A stretch of DNA of 64,000 nucleotides from Paramoeba atlantica. Lineage: Eukaryota; Protista; Discosea. The notes under the pieces are model-generated. The model made no database searches. It was given only the letters and a program-made list of their open reading frames with translations, and had not been told where the DNA came from. This document shows, piece after piece, positions 20,342 through 30,777 of this stretch. The DNA lies in contig CDRNVI010000016.1 in the NCBI GenBank assembly GCA_977017575.1, positions 434,001 to 498,000 of the forward strand, in the 5' to 3' direction. The position numbers were made by a program, and so were the translations under genes. Position 1 is the first letter of the stretch. Each line of letters begins with the position of its first letter.

Positions 20342-21067
20342 GTGACACACAGTTGTACATCAATGCGCTCTATATTTTGGAGACGCCAGAAAAAAAGGAA
20401 AAGTTTCTTTCGTTCCAAAGCATTCCGAAAATCCTTTAAAAAGAATATAGTGATGTTCCGCTGCTATCATTCACAATCTTTAAAAAACGTGATTCAGCAT
20501 AAGATTCGCCCTATTCGTAAAGCTAATGAACACGTTTCCATGCGGAAAAGCAGACAAGTAACTAATGAAACAAGATTATCTGCGAATAGTATATCGTTAA
20601 AGGAAACTCCTTTTCGACTTCTTGTTACTGATAGGCAAGTAGGCGCATCGAGGAAAAGTACCTCGTACAACGAAAAGGAGTCTGCTGGTACACATTTCTT
20701 CATTAAAGTCAAAAGTAAAGGACGTGTTGAAAATTACTCCCGCGTAGCGATGAGTTATTTAGAACTAGAAGCGCAGCAAGTCGTGTGTTGGATAGAGACT
20801 TCGTATTACCAGAAAACTAAGAATTCTCACGTAGTTCGCATAGAAGGTGAGTCACCTTCGGACGCTTGTATGACAATAGCAACAGCGCAGCGCATTAAAC
20901 GCTTTCTAAATATATTATCCCCTGAGCAGCTGAAGAACGATATTGAGGAATCACCTAGGATATTGGCCGCAACAGCGCATCCATCGATTGTCACTGTTGG
21001 TCAACATAATGTATTCGATATATCGCTCCCTGGTCTTCTTAGAATAGAGCTGTACCGAATACCATGA
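20342..21067 (+). CDS. Alba/Rpp25-like nucleic-acid-binding protein (ATG probably at 20363 or 20453)
   Basis: IKVKSKGRVENYSRVAMSYL...VVRIEGE...MTIATAQRIKR resembles Alba irV.skg.i.nY...A...l...v.l.a.G.ai...v..Ae.lKr. Confidence 0.5.
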   Translation: MTHSCTSMRSIFWRRQKKRKSFFRSKAFRKSFKKNIVMFRCYHSQSLKNVIQHKIRPIRKANEHVSMRKSRQVTNETRLSANSISLKETPFRLLVTDRQVGASRKSTSYNEKESAGTHFFIKVKSKGRVENYSRVAMSYLELEAQQVVCWIETSYYQKTKNSHVVRIEGESPSDACMTIATAQRIKRFLNILSPEQLKNDIEESPRILAATAHPSIVTVGQHNVFDISLPGLLRIELYRIP

Positions 21068-21678
21068 GGAATTTCAGATGAAAGTCGAACGAGTCCTTTC
21101 TAAACACTAAATTATGACGTACTTTATTTCCCTTTACTGGTGAAGCTAAATGACTTTACGTATTAAAGGTTTCTTTGTCGGAGAAAGGCCTTCTTTGGTT
21201 ATGTGTGGCACTACTTTAGGAACGGCCTTTTCGTGTAGAGAATCTGTCATACATACACAGCTCAGAGTGCGAACGAGAAGCTGGAGGCCTCATCGCTAAA
21301 TCTACTGACTGTAGAAGTGTCCGTTTGTCTTTTGTATTCTTTCAACTATACTTGAAACGCACATTGAGCAAACAAGAAATACACACTGTTGAGATGCGCC
21401 CCTTATTGTTCTTATGTACACGTTAATCTTCCGGGGAAGCCAGCACTCGAAGATTTTATGTCGTGTTTTCAGACCACCTGCTTGACCGCGCCTTAACCAA
21501 AAAATGAGAAAGGGATAGTGCTCACTATTATTTTTTATATTCACAATGTTCGACCCTAGCTGTCATATTCTGCGGTGGAGGTATTTAATTTTTCCCTATT
21601 TCAACTACTTCTACCGGCTTAATTTTTCAACCCAATCACCATTGACGCCCTCCTTTTTCTACGTCCATTTTCGACAAC

Positions 21679-22386
21679 ATGAATACCCCTCAACCTGGAA
21701 TAAAGTCCGAGGGCGTTCACGTGCTGATGTCGCGCAAGGACGCCACCACCCCCTGGGGTCTTACCCTCTTCGAGGACTCCTGGACGGTCAACGCCATGCG
21801 GCCAGCGGGCATCGCCGAGCGCAGCGGCCTGCGGGAGGGGGACCAAATCCTGCAGGTCAACGGCATCTCCGTGTACTCCCCGGTCGCGCGCAGCATTATG
21901 GGTGCGCAGGCTGTGGTGCACCTGGACGTACAACGACCGGTCGTCACCCAGAGTGCGGTCGCACAACGCGAAGCCCCGAGTGCGGGGGACCGGGAAAAGG
22001 AGAAAGCAGAGACGTGTCGGGGGGAAGGTGAAACCCACGCGAGCAAGCTACCCCCCGCCGGGGTCATGGTTCGCGAGCGTCAGCTTTTTGAGGAGAAGAT
22101 TCTAGCGGAACGTACCGGGATATTGCGTGAGGAGATGGGGCGGAGAGGCAAAATTAACCACGAGTTTGCTGTGTGTCCTGAAGTGCACCATGAGATTCTT
22201 CTCCATAGAGCAAGGAAACAGCATGAGCATTGCAAGGCACGAGAACTACAACAACAAGAGTGTGAACGCGAGAAGATGCGAAAAATTGTGCGTATTGCAT
22301 TTGGTTCACTATCTCCTTATCCAACGTTTGCCCATTTTCTTGCCCAACAGAAATGTCCTGGTGTAGCTGGAACGTCAACCAAATAA
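21679..22386 (+). CDS. PDZ-domain protein with a C-terminal charged/coiled region
   Basis: RKDATTPWGLTL...VNAMRPAGIAERSGLREGDQILQVNGISV is a canonical PDZ. Confidence 0.8.
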   Translation: MNTPQPGIKSEGVHVLMSRKDATTPWGLTLFEDSWTVNAMRPAGIAERSGLREGDQILQVNGISVYSPVARSIMGAQAVVHLDVQRPVVTQSAVAQREAPSAGDREKEKAETCRGEGETHASKLPPAGVMVRERQLFEEKILAERTGILREEMGRRGKINHEFAVCPEVHHEILLHRARKQHEHCKARELQQQECEREKMRKIVRIAFGSLSPYPTFAHFLAQQKCPGVAGTSTK

Positions 22387-22439
22387 TAACGTTAAGAAAT
22401 GCTTGTCTCGGTGTCCCTTTGTTCATAGAGACGTTCGTG

Positions 22440-22502
22440 GTACAAGTAGTATAAGGCTCCTGCTACAAGTAGTACAAGGTTCGTAGTACAAGTTCGTAGT
22501 GC
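22440..22502. repeat. Degenerate short tandem repeat (TACAAGT/TCGTAG units)
   Basis: gtacaagtagtataagg...ctacaagtagtacaaggttcgtagtacaagttcgtagtg. Confidence 0.55.
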
Positions 22503-22664
22503 TGATATGAATGTATTACGTGGATGTGGCGGTACAGTATTTCTGTGACGTAGAGTATTGCCTAAGTAGTGGAGTTTTCAAGAGCCTTTTTTATTTGGGG
22601 TAGAGAAAGAGAATACATAGAAAAATAGGCAAATAAACAATTAGACTCTTTTATTCATGCGTAG

Positions 22665-24836
22665 ATGAAGGTCATTTATCCAGGTGCGCATCATTCGGAT
22701 TCAAATTTGTCCTTGTGGACTGAATCTCAAGTTCTTCTGTCGCAAAGCGTGCTGAATTGGTTGACGCCGACGTTGGGCATCACTGCTTTAGATTGTTGTA
22801 AGCCAGAATTTTCTGAGTTTAGTAGAGATACGAATGATGATACACATATTGATGTGTCGCAAGCAGAGACATCATCTTCCTGTTTTTTGGGTAGTAGTAG
22901 GTCAACAAGCTTCTTGCTGTCACGCAAAAAATATCACCTGGACGCAGTATTATCCAAAAGTTGTGGAATAATTCACTCACGAACTCCTTTTTGTCTTGTG
23001 AACTGGTGTGTTAGTCCGTGCTGTCTTTTCGATAAAGGCTTTCCGATAGTTCTCATTAATATGCTAAAACCAAATGGTATGGCATTGTGTGCACTTGAAT
23101 TCGATAAAGAATTTCAATTAACCACTCTTTGGAACCTTAACTCGAACGATGACGTCAATTTCGGAGCAACGCGTCATTCATTCCGTACAACTTTTGCTCG
23201 CCAGACCTGTTTCACGGGGTCCTGGGAAATGCAACATGGAAGTTCACAAAGGAAATGTTGGAGTATTTATTTGCTTACAACAACTTGGAATCAAATACAG
23301 ACTTACTTAGTTAATCAACATCCTGAAGTTGGTGTATTGTCTTTTACCTTGCAGTATCATCGATGCTTTGAACTCTGGTTAACGTCTCCGCCCACGACTC
23401 TTTTCGAAACCATAGAAAATACAACCGAGCTTTCAAAAATCTGTCTGATAGGATGCACTGATGGTTCGTTATGGCAATATGTTCTTCCTATTAAGCGTAA
23501 AGAAAGGCCTCGAATTAAAAGAATTTTGTTACCCGACCCATCATTTCACCTCCCATTAAACAAAGATGAAATTTGTTATTCAAAATATGTTACTGCTGAG
23601 CTTGATATACAGGAAATATGGATGAGCGATTTCAATCCTCCTCGAAGCCTTCCGTTGTTTACTTATTGTGTCCGTCACTATGACCAGCAACGCCTGAAAG
23701 TTGTGAGTTGGACAGTAGTTGTATATTCCAGTGTTCTCGTCTGGACAAAAGATACAAAGAAACGTTTAACGCCCCGACGAAGTGTATCGAATGACTACAA
23801 ACAAGCAAGAAAGTGTGTGGCACAACCACTTTGCAAAACTTTCGCTGCCGAATGCGTCCGTGCAGCTGGTCTCACAGACTTCGGCCATTCTGTGACTATT
23901 ATGACGGCCACCCGTATATTACGGTTTGAGCCGCCTCGCAAGCAGTGTTGTGCAACTCAAAGTACGTTGCGATCTACAGAATACGTTCTAGTGAATCCAA
24001 CTCTTCTCCACGAAGGAAATATGTATCCTAAGAAAGGACTTCCAACATTGTCGGGTCTGGAGGAAAACAAAAATATTTATGAATTCTACGAAAATTCTCA
24101 TTCACTATCCGGAGAATTGGGTACGGCAAATAGCACAGAGCCCTCTGCTACGAATGATCATGATGGGTCAATTAATTTGAAATCGACGTGGATTTCATCC
24201 TCATTTCCGCATTCCATTTCGGTTTCCCCGACATTCAGCCGCGTCGCGCTTTACTTTTATGCATCAAAAACAAATGCAGACAAGGTATTTAGTTCTGATC
24301 ATTTATGGACGGCAGAAGCCAATGCCGCAACTTCTAGTTCCTTCACTTCATCCCTATCGCAGCAGTGGAGGCACTGTGAAGCTGCTGACATGAAACTTGC
24401 ATCAACAGTAATATATTATTTGCATTCAGATTTGCATTTACGCGTAGATAGGAAGTATATGTGCGACCTAGTTCAGTCATTTTCATCTACGCCGTGGCTC
24501 AGGGAAGATCTTGTAAGATGGGCCTACGGCGTTGGTATAACTCTAGAAAGTCTAGGATTGCGCACAGCACATGAGCAGCCGTGCATTTCACAAGCGCAGT
24601 GCTGCATATTTTGCGGTTCTATCGCGAAACCAATATTCGAAGATGCCTCCTTGCGTTACCTATTCAGGTGCGAAAGGTTTCATGATTTTGCGGTGTGTGC
24701 TTTTACAGGGAAATTGCTTAGCCCCAGTCATGAAACCATCTATTGTGAGTTTTGCAGGACAAGTGTACAGATAAGCCAATGTGTTGGATTCTTGGCAAGT
24801 ATTTGCATTCGGTGCCAACGTCCTCGACTATGTTAG
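22665..24836 (+). CDS. Large beta-rich protein with a C-terminal Cys/His zinc cluster; possibly TFIIIC tau60/GTF3C4-like
   Basis: C-terminal CIFC...CERFHDFAVCAFTGKLL...CEFC...CIRC resembles the zf-TFIIIC pattern; WD-like GCTDGSLWQY segment. Confidence 0.45.
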   Translation: MKVIYPGAHHSDSNLSLWTESQVLLSQSVLNWLTPTLGITALDCCKPEFSEFSRDTNDDTHIDVSQAETSSSCFLGSSRSTSFLLSRKKYHLDAVLSKSCGIIHSRTPFCLVNWCVSPCCLFDKGFPIVLINMLKPNGMALCALEFDKEFQLTTLWNLNSNDDVNFGATRHSFRTTFARQTCFTGSWEMQHGSSQRKCWSIYLLTTTWNQIQTYLVNQHPEVGVLSFTLQYHRCFELWLTSPPTTLFETIENTTELSKICLIGCTDGSLWQYVLPIKRKERPRIKRILLPDPSFHLPLNKDEICYSKYVTAELDIQEIWMSDFNPPRSLPLFTYCVRHYDQQRLKVVSWTVVVYSSVLVWTKDTKKRLTPRRSVSNDYKQARKCVAQPLCKTFAAECVRAAGLTDFGHSVTIMTATRILRFEPPRKQCCATQSTLRSTEYVLVNPTLLHEGNMYPKKGLPTLSGLEENKNIYEFYENSHSLSGELGTANSTEPSATNDHDGSINLKSTWISSSFPHSISVSPTFSRVALYFYASKTNADKVFSSDHLWTAEANAATSSSFTSSLSQQWRHCEAADMKLASTVIYYLHSDLHLRVDRKYMCDLVQSFSSTPWLREDLVRWAYGVGITLESLGLRTAHEQPCISQAQCCIFCGSIAKPIFEDASLRYLFRCERFHDFAVCAFTGKLLSPSHETIYCEFCRTSVQISQCVGFLASICIRCQRPRLC

Positions 24837-25702
24837 TTCGATTACCTATTTTACATTTCTAATGCTCCCAGAATGCTTTCATTGCTCGTCTTAACCTCGA
24901 ATATGCTAAAAAAGCGCTTTTTCTCCGTTTTTGTTTCCATCGCTGTCCTTTCCACAGCAGTGATCCCCAGTCACAGCGATCCCCAAATGATGCCCCTGTG
25001 TTCCTTAACAACCTATGTTCCTTTAAGGCGCTTAGGCGTTGATTTGGTGCAATTTAACACACTACGCTTATGACTTCCTCTTTTTTGCGGCCCAAAAGAA
25101 GAGGCAAGCCTATGAATGGAGACTTTTCTTTTCTGACCTCTCGGAGGGGGTGGTGAGGGAATCTTTACGTGAAATGGGTGGATTCTTGTTCGCTTTTTAC
25201 CCGTAAAAGTTGATGGAAGGGGAAGAGGGGAAGATTAAATCAGTAGAAGGTCGCATTTTTATATTATTTTTATAACATGCTTCTTTTCTTCTTCGGGCTC
25301 GTGCTAGACCGCTTAACTATGATGTTATGAGAGACGAAATTGAACAATAGCACTTTGTTAGTAAAGTAGCACTTTGTTTTTCGGTGTTTGTATGAGAAAA
25401 GACATTAAAGAACCGTATTTTTTGAACCTTCGGCTCAATAGGCCCCTATTAGGGGGTCTCTGCGAAAAAGAAGGGGCAAAGCTCCGCGCTACGAAAATGA
25501 GATCTATCAAATGTGCATATCTAATGTACCAAAAATGAGCTAAAACGGACAAGAAATCACATTTTTCTAGGGGGTCCTAGAACTTATGGGGGTTCTACGG
25601 TCGTCACTGTATTATTATCCATTTTACGTATGATAGATGAAACCCCTATTTTGCATTCGCTAATGTCCTAAAAACATCACAATCATTCATCACAAATCAT
25701 TC

Positions 25703-27559
25703 ATGATGAGTCTGAGATATAGTAAAGTGTTAACGCTATTAGCTTTCCACTTATTGAGCCAGCAATGCGCTACTACATTATCGAAATCTTCTGAAGTATT
25801 CAAAAAAGAGCGTCTGGACCAGCAAAGCTTTGGAGGGTTACGTCGCAGTTCACCCTCTGGACCAAATACCTTATTACATTGGGCGTACAATTTTCCGCTC
25901 CAAATGACTAAGTCATTTCAATTGTGGGATCCGGCTGAGAACGTGTACTGGGATCCGGATGAATCGGAATGGTGGTATCCATTGAGGCAATGTTTCTACT
26001 ACGTAGTATCTTTGTTTCCAGATCTAATACTTCACATTGTTTCTTCCGTAACGGAGTCCGAAACGGAGGTAAGCGACCCTCATTGCGAAGGTGATCCTGC
26101 ATACAATCAAGGAAATTCGTCTACGCTCAACGCACACACTTTCCACACATGTGACAAGACGAATGCGCAAACCAGAAATGGTCTTGCGTGTACGCACAAA
26201 TTGGAAAAGAAGCGAATCCGTCCTCTAAATCGCGCTGACTATTTGGGTGGAAATTTATCCTCCGACGTACCAAGTTCTAATCTACTTCCGGAACAACTTG
26301 CTTCCTTACAGGACTTCACTGTACCGAAAGAATTCATTACATTTACGCCGATGCAGAAACGTCTACTTCGATCCAGGACACAAACTGAGTTTGAAGTAGA
26401 GTCGAAGTCATCATTCTTACCCTCGCGGATATTTTGGTACAAAAGATGGAATATCTGTCGCCTCCGCCCCATGATTATGAAGATTAAGGTGGGCGGGTAT
26501 GTGGGTGGAACGGCAGAGAATTTGACTATAGTGCGCGACGAGTCAAACTTTCAAACACGGCCCGGGAGTGGAATATATATTAACAATCCTTTTCATGACG
26601 ACGGCAACGAGAAAGGGATGCAAATTTGGTTGCAGAACAGCAACCTACCGGCTTCCAAGGCAACCCAAGATTGGCCCTTACGACTAGTGATAGGCGGGAT
26701 TCGACTTTATATTCACAATGCTTTGAAGGTAGCCTTCCAGCAGGACACAGGATGTGATGCACTGGAATTACCTGACCTCTCCAATCGTATTTTCTTCGAC
26801 ATAAGCGGTTCGATATTATTAGACGATCGTGAAATCGAATTGCGGGAGCATACATCACTACGCCAGTCACTTCAAGTGTTCTTTGAAGCGGCAGAGCAGC
26901 GTACTGGTTTGTATCACAAGCTATACGATCAACTGTGCGTCGCCTTAATGGACTCGGATAAGAAGCTGGGGGGATATTATTCTCACGCAGCCCCCATTCT
27001 TAACATAATAGACTCACTAGAGCGGACGAATCAAGCTGAACTAGCACTTCTGGAGTCTCTTATTTGCACTGTACATCTAACTACAGAAGATTTCGCCATT
27101 ATGCCCTACCCAGAGGATGAAGAAACGCAATCAACGCACGCGGACGCCCACTCCAATCGGTACTATACGGTTTTCTGTCCGTGTGATTCTTCTCATTCAC
27201 GTGCCGTGTTCGGAAACGAGTGCATCATAATGGCCGCCATTGATAATGTTCCTCGCATTATTTTTGTGGAGACAGGAGAAACAATGGATTCTACGGCTGC
27301 TTCGCCTTTGCGTTTACCCATTAAAGGAGATTTGTTGCGGGTTTCGTACTACACCCGCGCACCTTGCACTGAGACGACCCATAAGTTGTCTTTTCACAAT
27401 TCAGCGAAGTCAGGGGACCCAGGGAAACCGATCCACAAGCTGCGTCCTGTCCCCAACAAGGGAGACTTATTGCAGTGTGTCTGCAGCGTACACGAACAAT
27501 CTTACTATTCCGAGTTACAGCGTCTGCTTGGTACAAGGTATTGTCCTGTTGCGGTATAG
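25703..27559 (+). CDS. Hypothetical protein, 618 aa, no family recognised
   Basis: Long ORF on the cluster strand with ordinary composition; the true start may lie downstream. Confidence 0.7.
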   Translation: MMSLRYSKVLTLLAFHLLSQQCATTLSKSSEVFKKERLDQQSFGGLRRSSPSGPNTLLHWAYNFPLQMTKSFQLWDPAENVYWDPDESEWWYPLRQCFYYVVSLFPDLILHIVSSVTESETEVSDPHCEGDPAYNQGNSSTLNAHTFHTCDKTNAQTRNGLACTHKLEKKRIRPLNRADYLGGNLSSDVPSSNLLPEQLASLQDFTVPKEFITFTPMQKRLLRSRTQTEFEVESKSSFLPSRIFWYKRWNICRLRPMIMKIKVGGYVGGTAENLTIVRDESNFQTRPGSGIYINNPFHDDGNEKGMQIWLQNSNLPASKATQDWPLRLVIGGIRLYIHNALKVAFQQDTGCDALELPDLSNRIFFDISGSILLDDREIELREHTSLRQSLQVFFEAAEQRTGLYHKLYDQLCVALMDSDKKLGGYYSHAAPILNIIDSLERTNQAELALLESLICTVHLTTEDFAIMPYPEDEETQSTHADAHSNRYYTVFCPCDSSHSRAVFGNECIIMAAIDNVPRIIFVETGETMDSTAASPLRLPIKGDLLRVSYYTRAPCTETTHKLSFHNSAKSGDPGKPIHKLRPVPNKGDLLQCVCSVHEQSYYSELQRLLGTRYCPVAV

Positions 27560-27751
27560 CTGTACGGAAGTCTTAGTGCATAGTTGATGGCACTACAGCC
27601 TTTGTACCGGAGGAAGACGCAAGCTACGGTAAGTTTATTTTCCCTGTGTGACAGTATTTCCTGTTATAGATTTCCCGAAGGCAATGAAAAAGTAACGTTT
27701 GAAAGGTTACTCCGCTTCATTATATTGGTTCTTCGTACCAATGGGAGATTA

Positions 27752-29506
27752 CAGAGGGGGGTCAGTTCGATCTGGGAGGGGTCTAAAAATTTTAATACTT
27801 GGCCATTTTTCGAAAATAATAGCGCATTCGGGGGAGGAAGACCTTTTCGTCCTCCCTTTCAGAGGGAGGAAGACCTTTTCGTTTGAAAGGGCGTATTTTT
27901 TTTTGAATTTTAAGGGTGAAAATGTAGTAATCAGGCTTTCAAATGTATGTATTTTGTATTTTTTGTTCCGTTTCTTAACGCGCAAACTCTTTGTGTTGAG
28001 ATCTATAAACTGCTACAAAAATTAGCTCAAGCAAGCGAAGCATTGAGATTTTGGAGGGGGTGCCTTATTTCGGTCAGGGGTTTATATCGTTTCCCGTATA
28101 ATTAGCAGTATATTAGCAGTATGGTAAGAGGGCCAAAAACGTCAATTGCATATCTTTTAATAAATTTCACTTTTTTGGCATAAAATTGAGCAGACGAACC
28201 TAGTACACAGTGCCCCCCATCCTTCTCTATAACAATCCTCATTCTGTTTGGCACACTTTTTAATATGCGTTCAACGAAACCAACTTCACTAAGCAGCCCA
28301 CTGTACGAAGCTGTGATGGATTCTTTCAATAAATCACGGTTCAATGGATTTTTCCTGCACTTTATGACATCCACCATTGACCATAAATTTTCGATAGGAG
28401 TCATGTCTGGAGATTTGGGTGGACAATCCAGCATTCTGACCCTGTTATCCTTGAAATGAGTACGTGCTTTGTTGTGTACAGTTGAGTTGTCCATTACAGC
28501 AGCAGCTAGACGATGGCGGTTAACAAATGAAAGAATTCCCCCCCCCTCTTTGTCAAAGCCTTCTTAAAATCTTCCCCCTTCACAGATGAATCTCCATCGA
28601 TGTGGATGAACCACCCATACCTAAGACTAACCCCCATCCATACCATAATACCCTTTCCCCCACCCAACGATCCATTCCAGGGGTCGCAGAATATTTCTCG
28701 ACGTCGCCTTCGCGGCCAGTGAAAGTTTGACTCCCGCGGCAACTGCACCGAAAAAGCTTCTGATCACACCAAATGATGTGCGAGAGTTCTTGTTCGGTCC
28801 AAGTTACCATCTCTTGGGCGAAGTATAAACGTTTAAGTTTATGCCTCTCCGTTAGATAGGGCTTCTTACTGAACCTTTGAACTCCAACACCGTGTTTCCT
28901 AAGTAAACGCCAAAATTGAGAGTTTGTTTGGAACACTGGATCCCAGCCTTGTGAAGATCACTCAGGATGAAATTCCAGGATGGACATGGGCTATTCCTGC
29001 TAAGATGCACATAAACTTGTAGAGCTGTTTCCAGCAAATTCGACAGTGCTTTCTTGCACATAAAATTTTCGAGCTGCTTCAGAAAATGACCCTGTTTTCT
29101 CGAAATCTTCAACTAACAGCATTCTGTGTGTCAGTTTTGTTTTTTTTAGGGGTGAGAAATGGGTCCCAGAGAATTTCCCTCAAGAAGAACGCGGATGAAC
29201 CCTTTTTCCCAATTCCCAGATTCAGGCGGCGGTACACGTCGAGGTACCGTCGCGGTATTAGGGGGTAGGCTTCCGGTGGGCCTAGGGGGGTGCACACCAA
29301 TTCCTATTCTCTTTTGAAGAACACAATAATCCAAGAATAATTATTTTTTTGACAATACGCGTTTTAATTAAGAATGCGGGAAACGATGTACATCTGTATA
29401 TTCCACCAGAGAGCTATACGAGAGCTCTCGAATGCGCTATTATTTTCTAAAATTGGCCAAGCTATACGAATTTTAGACCCCCCAGATGTAGCTCATCGCC
29501 CCCTTT
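27752..29506 (-). mobile_element. Decayed Tc1-like DNA transposon (~1.75 kb) with degenerate TIRs
   Basis: Left end TA|CAGAGGGGGG; inverted cores at 27770-27830 and 29429-29487 (atctggg..ggtctaaaa...cttggcca.tttt.gaaaataatagcgcattcg); transposase fragments lie between them. Confidence 0.8.
28102..29112 (-). pseudogene. Tc1-family DDE transposase, frameshifted into 4 ORF pieces
   Basis: DLHKAGIQCSKQT (HTH); KKPYLTERHKLKRLYFAQ; IIWCDQKLF (D1); GGGKGIMVWMGVS; MDNSTVH (D2); PPKSPDMTPIENLW (E); VPNRMRIVIEKDGGH. Confidence 0.92.
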
Positions 29507-29815
29507 ATCTCCCGGTCGGACGAATTGTAATCTTCGTAGGTGTCCTGGAAATATTTCAAATAACGCTTTATGTAACTTAAAACGCACATAAATATTTTCA
29601 TACGGAGACTAGGAAACCCCCAAGAACTGAGGTTACGCGCATTCTGCGTTCACTTAACCGTACTTCTGCGGTATGTGTTGTTATACCGTATTAATGATAT
29701 TTACGGTAAGGATGCGACGAAATATGATGAGCAACAAAAGGGACATAAAGTCACATGTACGTAGTGTGTAGCCCCTGTGTAGTCGTATTTTACGTTATTT
29801 CAGATTTTCGATACA

Positions 29816-30313
29816 ATGTCACGCCTATGGGACCCATTGCAGGAGTTCGACGAGCTTCGACGACTTTTTAGCAACAACTTATGGAGTTTTCCTGGATTAA
29901 AGGGTAGCCCAACAAGCGGAATTCCTGGTTTCTACATGGCCTCGACCAGCACGAATTGGGCACCACAGGTAGACCTTATTGAGTCCTCCGAGCGTTTTTC
30001 ACTCTCCGCCGACTTACCCGGCGTGCGTAAAACCGACATGCAGATCAATGCTTCAGAAAATCAAATTTGTGTGAGCGGGAAGCGACAATGGAGCGCGATA
30101 CAAACTGAGGATGAAAAGGATAAAAGTGAGGCAAACTATTTATGCCGGGAAAGAAGACCTGGTGAGTTTCAACGCTGTTTCATCTTGCCCAGTAAGATCA
30201 AAGAAAATGAAGTGGAGGCTCGCCTGCTTGATGGGGTTTTGGAAGTAGTTATGGAGAAACAAGTATCTGGAGATTCCTGGAGCTCCGGAATGTCTCCTGT
30301 CAAATTACAGTAA
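29816..30313 (+). CDS. Small heat-shock protein (HSP20/alpha-crystallin)
   Basis: WDPLQEF, PQVDLIES...ADLPGVRKTD, ERRPGEFQRCFILP, ARLLDGVLEV. Confidence 0.93.
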   Translation: MSRLWDPLQEFDELRRLFSNNLWSFPGLKGSPTSGIPGFYMASTSTNWAPQVDLIESSERFSLSADLPGVRKTDMQINASENQICVSGKRQWSAIQTEDEKDKSEANYLCRERRPGEFQRCFILPSKIKENEVEARLLDGVLEVVMEKQVSGDSWSSGMSPVKLQ

Positions 30314-30777
30314 AATTGCTCATTTGTCCGTTTTTGATGCATGCCACAAGGATTTTTTCGAGTTTGCTTTCTTCTTCCGAAGTTTTCCGAGAAGCGGGAT
30401 TTTTTTCTCCATCATGCACCGCATAGTTATTTGCGGTCGAGATTAACTCAAAAAGGCGGTATGCGGTACATACACGTATGGAGGTGCCAAACTTTGTCGA
30501 TTTGTCCAGCATTATTCTACAATTTACATTTCAGAAAATGTTTTTGAATACTTGAGTTATTGCTATGTGTCAATCTTCCGTTAAAAATGACGAAGAATCG
30601 GTTTCGTGAGAGATTATTAAGTCCACCATGTACATACAATGTGGTACCATCATGCTGCAAATGCGTTCCTCAAAGTACTTGATTATTCTTTACGCCCTAT
30701 TGAAAGTCAAAGATTGTTGCTGTATTAAATTGATCATATTGTTATTGTTTTTACTTTAAAAAACGTTTTTTTAGAAT

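Noticed and set aside
24873-25073. 66-aa + strand ORF with a hydrophobic start
   Set aside because: Short, no motif, and it overlaps pyrimidine-rich intergenic-type sequence; not supportable.
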